Positions 1-9,946 of a stretch of DNA of 64,000 bases are shown one piece after another. Position numbers and translations under genes: made by a program. The DNA is from Isurus oxyrinchus (lineage: Eukaryota). Below the pieces are notes generated by a model. That model worked only from the letters and a program-made list of their open reading frames with translations, was not told the DNA's origin and searched no databases. Location of the stretch: assembly GCA_026770705.1 (NCBI GenBank), contig JANJGN010000167.1, positions 868,001 through 932,000 of the forward strand, read 5' to 3'. The first letter of the stretch is position 1; every line of letters starts with the position of its first letter.

Positions 1-2670
1 GGTAGAGATGTTTGGGGGGAGAGGGAGAGATGTTGGGATGAGAGGGAGAGAGGTTTGCGGTGAGTGTGAGTGAGAGTTGGGGTGAGAGGGGGAGTGGTTT
101 GGGGTGAAAGGGAGAAAAGGTTTGGGTGAGTGAGAGATATAGTTGGGTTGAGTGGGAGAGATGAGTGGGGAAGAGAGGGGGAAAGGGTTGGGGTTGAGAG
201 CGAGAAAGTGTTGAGCTGAGAGTGAGAGAGGGTTGGGGTGAGAGAGAGAGAGGGTTGGGGTGAGAGAGAGAGAGGGTTGGGGTGAGAAGGAGGGAGATTT
301 GCGGTGAGGGTGCGAGAGGGTTGGTGTGAGAGCGAGAGAGGTTTAGTGTGAAAGGGAGAGGGTTGGTGTGAGAGGGAGAGAGGGTTGGGGTGAGACAGAG
401 AGAGGGTTGGAGTGTTAGGGAGAGAAGTTTGGGCTGATCGGGAGAGAGGGTTGGTGTGAGAGGGAGAGAGGGTTGGGATGAGAGGGAGAGAGGGTTGGTG
501 ATGAGAGAGAGAGAAGGTCAGGTGAGTGGGAGAGTGGGTTAGCGTGAGAAGGAGGGAGGGTGAGAGTGAGAGGGAGATATGGTTGGGGTGAGAGGGTTGG
601 GGTGAGAGATTAAGAGGGATTTGGTGAGAGGGAGAGAGAGTTGGGGTGAATGGGAGAGAGGTTGGGATGAGAGGGAGAGAGGTTTGGTGTTAGAGGTAGA
701 GAGGGTTGGTGTGAGAGGGTTGGTGTGAGAGGGCGAGAGGCTTGGTGTGAGCAGTTTTGAGGGTTCTGGTGAGAGGGAGAGAGGATAGGGGTGAGCTGGA
801 GAGAGGGTTGGGGTGAGAGGGTGAGTGGGTTTGGGTGAGAGGGAGAGAGGTTTGGGGTGAGAGGGTGAAATACTTGGGGTGAGAGGGAGAGAGGGTTGGG
901 GTGAGAGGAGAGAGGGTTGGGGTGAGCTGGAGAGAGGGTTGGGGTGAGAGGGTGGGGGTGAGAGGGTTGGGATGAGAGGGAGAGAGGGTTGGGATGAGAG
1001 GGAGAGAGGGTTGGGGTGAGAGGGAGAGAGGGTTGGGGTGAGAGGGTGAGAGGGTTGGGGTGAGACGGTTGGGGCTAGAGAGAGAGAGAGCTGGAGTGAG
1101 AGGGAGAGAGAGTTGGGTTAAGAGGTAGAAATGGTTGGGGGTAGAGCAAGAGATGGTTGGGGTGAGAGGGAGAGGTTTGGGGTGAGAGTGAGTGAGAGTT
1201 AGGGTGAGAGGGAGAGTTGTTTGGGGTGAAAGGGAGAGAGGGTTGGGGTGAGTGGGAGATAAAGTTGGCATGAGTGGGAGAGATGAATGGGGATGAGAGG
1301 GGGAAAGGGTTCGGGTTGAGAGGGAGAACGTGTTGGGCTGAGAGTTAGAGAGGGTTGGGGTGAGAGGGAGAGAGGGTTGGTGTGAGAGAGAGAGAGAGAG
1401 TTGGGGTGAGAGGGAGAGAGAGAGTTGGGGTGAGGGTGCAAGAGGGTTGGGGTGAGAGGGAGAGAACACTGGGGTGAGAGGGGGTGAAAGTTGGGGTAAG
1501 AGGGTGAGTGGCTTTGGGTGAGAGGGAGAGGGTTGGGGTAAGGGAGAGAATTTTGGGGTGAGATTGAGATAGAGTTGGGGCTAGAGAGTGAGTTGGGGTT
1601 AGACGGTGAGAGAGTTGGGCTGAGAGGTAGAGATGTTTGCAGGGAGAGCGAGAGATGTTGGGATGAGAGGGAGAGAGGTTTGCCGTGAGAGCGAGTGAGA
1701 GTTGGGGTGAGAGGGGGAGTGGTTTGGGGTGAAAGGGAGAAAGGGTTTGGGTGAGTGAGAGATATAGTTGGGTTGAGTGGGAGAGATGAGTGGGGAAGAG
1801 AGGGAGAAAGTGTTGAGCTGAGAGTGAGAGAGGGTTGGGGTGAGAGAGAGAGAGGGTTGTGGTGAGAGGGAGAGAGGGTTGGGGTGAGAGGGAGGGAGAT
1901 TTGAGGTGAGGGTGCGAGAGGGTTGTTGTGAGAGCAAGAGAGGTTTAGTGTGAAAGGGAGAGAGGGTTGGGGTGAGACAGAGAGAGGGTTGGAGTGTTAG
2001 GGAGAGAAGTTTGGGGTGATAGGGAGAGAGGGTTGGTGTGAGAGGGAGAGAGGGTTGGGATGAGAGGGAGAGAGGGTTGGGGTGTGCGGGAGAGAGAGTG
2101 GCGGTGAGCGGGAGAGAGGGTTGGAGTATTAGGGAGAGAAGTTTTGGGTGAGAGTGAGAGAGGGTGGGGGTGTTAGGGAGAGAAGTTTTGGGTGAAAGGG
2201 AGAGAGGGTTGGGGTGTTAGGGAGAGAGGGTAAGGTTGAGAGGGAGAGAGGGTTGGTGTGATAGGAAGAGAAGGTTTGAGTGTGAGGGAGAGTGGGTTGA
2301 GGTGCGAGGGAGGTTTGGGGTGATAGGGAGAGAAGGTTTGGGTGATAGGGTGAGAAGGTTGGGGTGAGAAGGAGAGATGGTTGATGTGAGAGGGACAGAA
2401 GGTTAGGGTGCGAGGGAGAGAGGGTTGCGGTGTTCGAGAGAGAAGTTTGGGGCGATAGGGAGAGAACGTTTGTGGGAGAGGGAGAGAGGGTTGGGGTGAG
2501 AGGGAGAGTGGGTTGTGGTGAGAGGGAGAGAGGGTTGTGGTGAGAGGGAGGGAGGGTTGTGGTGAGAGGGAGAGAGGGTTGAGGTAATAGGGAGAGAAGG
2601 TTGGGGTGATATGGAGAGTAGGTTTGGGTGGTATGGAGAGTTTTGTGTGAGAGGGAGAGTGGGTTGGGGA
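1..2670 (+). repeat. Degenerate G-rich minisatellite, ~20-22 bp unit (GGTTGGGGTGAGAGGGAGAGAG-like), with higher-order duplications
   Basis: Unit is directly visible throughout. Block 1-180 recurs near-identically at ~1626-1803 and more diverged at ~1125-1340. The S/P/L/T-rich minus-strand ORFs are just its translation. Confidence 0.95.
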
Positions 2671-2809
2671 CTGCGATTATTGCCAGTGTTTTAGGGGTTT
2701 GTGTGAAATCAGGGTTTGGAATTGGAGTAACAGAAACAACAAGGGAAAGAAATATAGACTTAAAATTTACCCAAAAATAAAGACAGGCCCTTGTTGAAAC
2801 CTTGCCTGA

Positions 2810-3075
2810 CCTGGGATTAACACCTCTATGGACAAGATCAGTAAGGTGTCCTGTCCGGGGATTAACATTCAATGGATAGGATCAGCAAGGGGTCCTGTCC
2901 GGGGATTAACATTCAATGGACATGATCAGCAAGGAGTCATGAGGACTCGAAACGTCAACTCTTTTCTTCTCCGCCGATGCTGCCAGACCTGCTGAGATTT
3001 TCCAGGTAATTCTGTTTTTGTTTATGATCAGCAAGGGCTCCTGTCCGGGGATTAACATTCAATGCACAGGGATCC
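2810..3075 (+). repeat. Short tandem repeat, 44-bp unit (GGGGATTAACATTCAATGGA..GATCAGCAAGG..TCCTGTCC), ~4 copies, interrupted by an insertion
   Basis: Units start at ~2813, 2857, 2901 and ~3047. Confidence 0.9.
2935..3023 (+). mobile_element. 5'-truncated Penelope-like terminal fragment with 13-bp target-site duplication
   Basis: ATGATCAGCAAGG is present at 2922-2934 and 3024-3036. The insert GAGTC-atgag-GACTC-GAAACGTC...GATGCTGCCAGACCTGCTGAG...TTTTTGTTT resembles the common fish/shark Penelope-type terminus (recognised from memory). Confidence 0.75.
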
Positions 3076-4971
3076 TAGGAGAGAGATGAGAGACATTCCA
3101 AACATGTCCGAGAATCAGGGGGTGGAGTCTGTATACAGCTTCATCAGGATAAATGTGGATCAGGATATTCCCAAACCAGTCCCAAAACAACAAAATCCCT
3201 CTGGAGAGGGTGAACAGCCTCCCCACTCTGGTTCAATGTGTGTTTGTTTATGTGTGTGTGTGTGTTTCTGTGTGTCTCAACATGCTTTTGAACTGTGATT
3301 TGTTTGTTTTGGGAAGTTGCTGAGAGCCTGAGTTGAGAATGGAAACTCTGGGATCTTGCTGTGCTTTTTTGTGTTTTTTAATAATGTCCTAGTTTTGGTC
3401 CTTTTAACCAATTCTGTTTCTTTTTCTCCTGAGAAATTTGTATTCTGCAGACTGGAAGATGAGGATCCAAAGAAGGAAAGTCTGGGACAAGGACAAGGAG
3501 CTTCTTCCAGAGAGGGATAGACTGAGGCCTGGTCCACAGGCTTCACCCACCTGAGTTGTGTCTGTTTATTACCCCAATCGAGGTTTGATTTTTATATTTG
3601 AGATACAGAGAGTGAGTGAGATACAAAGAGAGATACAGAGAGAAACACAGGGAGCGGAAAGGTCTCTCAATCTGTTTTAGCCTGTGGTTTATAACTGGGA
3701 TATTTTTGTATTTGGGTGTTGCTAAGAGATTGTGTAACTGTGAAGTGGGGGGAGGATGGCGTGTGGAATCCCTGGCTCTTGCTGTGCTATTTTGTTTAGA
3801 AATGTTCTTGCTTTGTGTTTTAGTCAATTCTTTTCCCTTTCTCTTTTTCCCAGGAATTTGGGGTTCGAAGACTGCAATGTGACTATGAATCCATGGGTAG
3901 GTGCTTTTCCCCAACTTGGATAGATGGACTCAGGCCTGCTCCACACGCCCCCCACCCACCCATGTGAGTTGTGTCTCTTTATGACCCCGAGCTTTAATTT
4001 TAATCTCGGAGGGACCCTGGTTTTTGGGTCATTGATGAACCAGTTTCTGTTAGATGATGGGGTGCTGGATTTTGAAACCCTAGAGTTAAAATATCCGGGC
4101 CTTGCGATTAGTCACAAACACATTAACCCTTCAGTGTGTGACAAAGAGGAGATTAAAAATCTGAAATCTGAAGCTGTTTAAAAGCTTGTTATAATTCCAA
4201 AATACAACAGATGGGGAGATAGTGCGATGAAGTGGAATCTGTTCAGTCAGATTCACTGGGGCCATTACTGTTCAGTTTACTGAGATTCTGAATTTAGTTT
4301 TACCTGTGTGATTTTCTGTGTCTTTATCCCTCCAGCTTTCTCTCTCTCTCTTTCCAGCTCTCTTTGTGTCCATTTTAAACTTTAGTCATTAAAAACTACC
4401 CCAGAAACAGCAATGTGAGGTTTCATTATTTTCAAAGCGGAGACAGGAACATTTCATCTCTCATTTCAATGCAGAGAACATGAGACAGGGGGATGGAAAA
4501 AAGAAAGGTGGACAGAGAGAATGAGCAAGGAGGAGTGATGGAGAAAGAGGGGGCATGGACAAGGGCCTAGATAGGAGCATGCATCTTTACCCTGAATGTG
4601 AGAAACGGGAGCAGAGAGAGAAAAGGGAGGGAGTGATTGAAACAGAGAGAGAGGAAAGCCGAGGGGAGTGGAGTATAAAAACAGGAGGGGGTGTGGGAAA
4701 GAGAGACAGAGTCTGAGCGTCTCCAGTGTGTAGTCACAAGCTGCCTCCACTCACACCCTCTGAGATAGAGTGAGATGTAAAAATAACTCCTGGGACGGTA
4801 ATTTTAAATACTGTCCCAAAGGAATGAGCTGCCCCTTCCCAAACTGAAAGAGATAGTTTAGCTCCTTCTGGAGACTGATGGGGGTGACAGGGGGAAAAAT
4901 TTTATTTTAGTTTATGCAGTTAACTGTCCTTGTTTTTGTCCTATTAAACAATTCTATCTCTTTTTCTCCAG

Positions 4972-5090
4972 GGAAATTTGTATTCTGAAAACTGGAAGGT
5001 GAGGATCCAAATAGGGAAATTCTGGGACAAGAACAAGGAGCTTCTTCCAGAGCGGGATAGACTGAGGCCTGGTCCACAGGATTCACCCAG
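4972..5090 (+). other. Candidate exon (unit type A) of an unidentified transcript
   Basis: Polypyrimidine tract plus CTCCAG acceptor, and CAG|GTGAGT donor. Open in phase 0: GNLYSENWKVRIQIGKFWDKNKELLPERDRLRPGPQDSP. Paralogues at ~3431-3550 and ~10090-10210 have degraded splice sites. Confidence 0.4.
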
Positions 5091-5427
5091 GTGAGTTGTT
5101 TCAGTTTATTTACCCAACCGAGGTTTAATTTCCATACCTGAGAGACCGAGAGAGACACAGAGAGAGCATGAGTGGGTCAGAGATGTGAGTGAGGTACAAG
5201 GAGAGATACAGAGAGAAACACAAAGGGTGGGAAAGGTCTCTCAATCTGTTTTAGCCTCTGGTTTATAACTGGGATTCTTTTGTATTTGGATGTTGCTAAG
5301 AGATTGTGAATCTGTGAAGCAGGGGGAGGATGGCGTGTGGAATCCTGGGCTCTTGCTGTGTTATTTTGTTTAGAAATGTTCTTGCTTTGTGTTTTAGTCA
5401 ATTCCATTCCCTTTCTCTTTTCCCCAG

Positions 5428-5536
5428 GAATTTGGAGTTTGAAGACTGCAATGTGACTATGAATCCATGGGTCGGTGCTTTTCCCCAGCTTGGATGGATG
5501 GACTCACATCTGTTCTACACCCCCCCACCCACCCTC
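5428..5536 (+). other. Candidate exon (unit type B), in frame with the preceding type A unit
   Basis: TTTCTCTTTTCCCCAG acceptor and GTGAGT donor at 5537. Translates (R)NLEFEDCNVTMNPWVGAFPQLGWMDSHLFYTPPPTL. Paralogues at ~3853-3963 and ~10543-10643. Confidence 0.35.
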
Positions 5537-8500
5537 GTGAGTTGTGTCTCTTTAGGACCCCTGGTTTAATTTTAATCTTGGAGTGATCCTGGTTTTTGAG
5601 TCATTGATGAAGCGGTTTCTGGTAGATGATGGGGTGCTGGATTTTGAAACCCTGGGGATAAAATATCCCGGCCTTGCGATTAGTCACAAACACATTAACC
5701 CTTTGGTGTGTGACAAAGAGGAGATTAAAAATCTCAACCATGAGGCTGTTTAGAAGCTTGTTATAATTCCAAAATAACACAAGGAGTTTAGCACCTTCTG
5801 GAGACTGACGGGTGGACTGGGGGAACCATTTTAATTCAGTTTATGCAGCTTTTGTGTGTGGATTTCTCTCTCTCTCTCTCTCTCTAAGTCTTCATCCTCC
5901 TGATCTTGCTGTGCCCACAGTGGCCTGTGGCATTTTTTCACAAGAGAGAGAGAGAAAGGAGAGGTCAGGGGAAAGAGGGGGAGAGATAACAAAACAGAGT
6001 GGAGTTGGGGGTTGTGGGGGGTGGTTGGTGAGAAGACACAGGGTCCAGGGGGAGAGAGGGCTCATCGTTTGCACTCACTTCCCAGCTCCCAGTCAGGGCC
6101 TTCCAGAAAGTGAGATTTGATACGAACTGAAATCCCGAGGCAGTGATTTTAAAATGTCTCCTGAGAGAATCCAGCTGCTTCCCAGTTTGAGATTCAGCCC
6201 TTTCAGGGCGTTGTGGTGGTGGGGAGGGAGGGAACTGAGGGGATGGCTCCAGACTGGGGCATTCACATGGGGAAGTTGGGGAGAGAGAGGCTTTTACAGC
6301 AGGTGTGGAGATAAGGAAAGTCATGGGATCCTGCTGTGTAAAAAAATAAAACACAGATGCCACCAGCCTTTCCTGAACTGCATCAGTAACCACACTTGAT
6401 AGAAATTTGTTCATGGCGGGTGAAGCAGTGGGAGAGAGAGAGAGAGACAGAGAGAGAGAGAGGGAGAGAGAGGGAGAGGGCCTGAAATGAGAACCCAGAG
6501 CCTCTGCGAAGGCTTCTTCTCACCCCCAGAGCCATGTCGGTTTGTGTTAGACAGGCCGGGCCACGGGCTTTCCTGGGTTAAATGGAAGGGGCAGCAGCCA
6601 TTTCAATTCAGTTTAATGTAAATCTGAGGGTGCGGGCTGGTGGTGAGGGTGGGGGGAGAGCAGCCCCCAGTCTCTCTCTCTCCAGCCAATTCTCTCCATA
6701 TTTCAACTTTCAATAAAATGTATAAAAACACCAATGAGATTTGTCGTTAGTTTAATTAGGGCAGGGGGAGGATGTTGGGGGAGAGCGAGACGGGGCAAGG
6801 CCCATTCCCCACTCAGTGTCCCACAATCCTCAGCCAATACATTTTGAACTGGTCATGAGCAGGTGGGAAGTGGGATCTTGCTGTGTACACATAGTTTCTC
6901 CCCCTCCCGCTCTGTTCCTTGCTCCCACAACAGTGACCACACTTTCAAATTAAAAGATTGAGGCAAAGGAGGAGGGTGCGGAGGGAGGGGTGATGGGGGC
7001 AGAGAGAGAGGAAGGTTCGGAGGGAGGGGTGATGGGGGCAGAGAGAGAGGAGGGTACTTAGTGAGGGGTGATGGGGCAGAGAGAGAGAGAAAGAGGAACA
7101 GAATGAGGGAGAGTTTGACAGAGAGGGGGTGAGGGTGTTGGGAGCTCGGGGGCAGGGGAAGGAGACACAGGCTCTGGGGGTATCCTCCTCCATTGGGGGA
7201 CTGCTCGTGGGACCCTGCTGTGTAGAATTGCATTAGTTTCAACTCTAATAACTATTTCATTTCTAGGGGATCTGATTGTGGGACTATAAATGTAAAACAT
7301 GGACAGTGTGGTGTGGATTTTTGTCGATGGTGAGACAGGAACTTTCCAGAGTGCCCTTGTACCAGCACTCACAGGGGTGTGGAATTAAAAAGGCCGGAAC
7401 TTGTACCCGGGTCTAATTCACTAAGAGCACAGGGCCCGTGTCTGAGAGCAATTCATGTAACGGTGAAAGGTAAAGGTTCTGGCAGCTAATTTAATTCACT
7501 TCACGGATCCCTGATTGTCAAATTCTCAGCCTGCTCTCTCCCCCTCGGTCTCTCTAATGGACAAAGAGAGAGGGAGAGAATGGGGGGAGAGAGTGAGGGG
7601 AAAGAGAGGGACTGAGATAACAAAACAAGAGGAGGGGGTGAATAGATACAGGATTTCTGGGGGTCTCCAATGTGTAGATCTGCCCAGCTCCCACTCACAT
7701 CTTTTAGAAAAGGCTGAATTGCAAAAATGAATCCAGGGACAGTGAAGCAAGTGACTCAGTAACAATGAGAGCACTTTAAACATTGGTGCATTCGCTGCAA
7801 AGTGCTCAGTCTTTCTGAGGTTCTGAAGGAGTAGGGGGTCCTCTCTGTCTTAGACTCTGTCTAACTTGCTCCCGCTCTCTCTCTGTGTTGAAACACTTCC
7901 ACATTTAAAAAGTGTCTGGCAGAGCTGGCTGCATCCTGTGGGATCTTGCTGTGCACAAATTGCCTGCAGTGTTTCATACTGTGCCACCAGTTAATTTATT
8001 AAAAATGTGCTGATTGCACTAATTTCCTGTCCCTCAGGAGCCCTTTACAAAGTCCAAACTGTGAGAGTGTATAAAAGATTGGGCTAATTCCTGAACAATG
8101 CTGGAAATGTGTCTCCCTGTCCCCATCTGGATAGCATCACATTGCTGCCTGTGGGATCCCCCTGTGCAAAAACGGCCTGCAGCTTTTCCTGAACTGCAAC
8201 AGGGACCACTCGACGTTAAACAGAAACCAGTTCATTGACTGTCATTCAAACGAAAAAGCCCTGACCCTGGGTCAAGGCTTGTTCTAAACTCCAGGATTGT
8301 CTTTGTGGGAGTTTGAGGGTTTCTGGGGGAGGGGGTGGAACTTCCCTGTCTCTGTCACTCCAGCTTTCTCTCTCCCTCTCTCTTTCCAGACACTTCTTTT
8401 TCTGTTTCATCTTGTAGTAAACTGACACGAAACTCATAATGTGATTTGTCATTATATGATTTGGGGGGTTAAGGCGACGTTGGGTCCCATTTCCCTCTCA

Positions 8501-9614
8501 CTCATTCCAGCCCTGTCTGGGAGGTTTGGGCTGAGCTGTGGAGGGAGAGGAATGTTGTGTTAGACTGGGGCCTATTCCTGTCCATGAGCGTTAATGCAGC
8601 CTCTGTGACTAGGCCCAATTCACGGCCTCATTTCAGGCCCCTCGGGAGGGGCTGTGCATTGTCTGAACTCCCCAATAAGGCCTGTGTTTTAGGCCATGAA
8701 TGTGACGGAGAAACAAAATGTGCAGCAGCCTCTTGAATTCATTTGATTGAGGATGTGATTGTGCATTTTCCTGCTGTCTCTCTCTCTCTCTCTCTCTCGA
8801 TTGTGAGTTATCAGGGAGGGAGGGAGAGAGAAATGGGAGAGGGAGGGAAACAGGGAGAGAGAAAGGGGCAGGGTGGGAAGAGACGAGAAGCTGGGGGTCT
8901 CCGGTGTGCAGTCACTGCCCAGCTCCCAGCCTCTGGTGAAAAGACCCTCACTCGCAGCCTCCCGCAAGTTTGGATTAGTGAAAAGAAACTGTGTCACTGA
9001 GGGCCAGTCTGTGCTGTTTTATTGAAAGATAAGTCCCTGCTTTGAATTTTTCATCAATTCTCAACCTAAAACACTTTGACTTCACTGTGAGAAGGATGCA
9101 GTTTGTTTGGGATCTTTCTGTGCGGAAATACCAAACAGGGTTTCCCAAATGACCAACAGGGAGCACACTTTGTTACTTAATTCCACGACTGGTGAAGCGG
9201 GCAGGAGAGCCTGAAGTGAAATTTGTTCACGTGAGGCTGTTTCCCCGAATAATGCTGCTGTTTTAGACACTGCGATGAATTGAGGCTTGAATGAAATGTG
9301 CGGGAACCATTTTGAATTGAGTTTATTGAGGCCCTGACTGTGGTTTTCTCTCTCTCTCTCTCTCTGCCGTTCCATATTCTGGCATGTGAGAAACAGAGAG
9401 AGTGAAAGGGAGGTGGGAAAGAGGATAGATTGAGGGAAATATTGAGTGGGGAGGTAACAACGGGAAGGAGGGGCGGTTATGAGGGGGACACAGGAACTGG
9501 GTTTTCTCCAGTTTGGCCTTTGTCCCTCGTGGGGCTGTTTGTGTGATCCTGCTGTGCACTGCAATTGTAATCATTGATGTATTCTCAAACCAGTCCCATA
9601 ACAACAAACTCCCT

Positions 9615-9946
9615 NNNNNNNNNNNNNNNNNNNNNNNNNNNNNNNNNNNNNNNNNNNNNNNNNNNNNNNNNNNNNNNNNNNNNNNNNNNNNNNNNNNNNN
9701 NNNNNNNNNNNNNNNNNNNNNNNNNNNNNNNNNNNNNNNNNNNNNNNNNNNNNNNNNNNNNNNNNNNNNNNNNNNNNNNNNNNNNNNNNNNNNNNNNNNN
9801 NNNNNNNNNNNNNNNNNNNNNNNNNNNNNNNNNNNNNNNNNNNNNNNNNNNNNNNNNNNNNNNNNNNNNNNNNNNNNNNNNNNNNNNNNNNNNNNNNNNN
9901 NNNNNNNNNNNNNNNNNNNNNNNNNNNNNNNNNNNNNNNNNNNNNN
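9615..9946. other. Assembly gap (332 N)
   Basis: Run of N. Confidence 1.

Larger units (their letters stand above)
3160..9570 (+). repeat. Segmental duplication copy A of the modular array, with an internal duplication 3400-4200 / 4930-5775
   Basis: By-eye alignments: 3290-4320 ~ 9947-10960; 4690-4900 ~ 11020-11200; 5790-7130 ~ 12310-13580; 7180-8100 ~ 17960-18900; 8730-9030 ~ 19280-19570; 9425-9580 ~ 19585-19740. Confidence 0.9.

Noticed and set aside
690-2872. Long Ser/Pro/Leu/Thr-rich minus-strand ORFs (mucin/extensin-like)
   Set aside because: Translations of the G-rich minisatellite, open in several frames.
4030-4172. Possible C/D box snoRNA (TGATGA...CTGA)
   Set aside because: The boxes are not kept in the paralogues (D box lost in copy 2, C box altered in copy 3), and there is no terminal stem.
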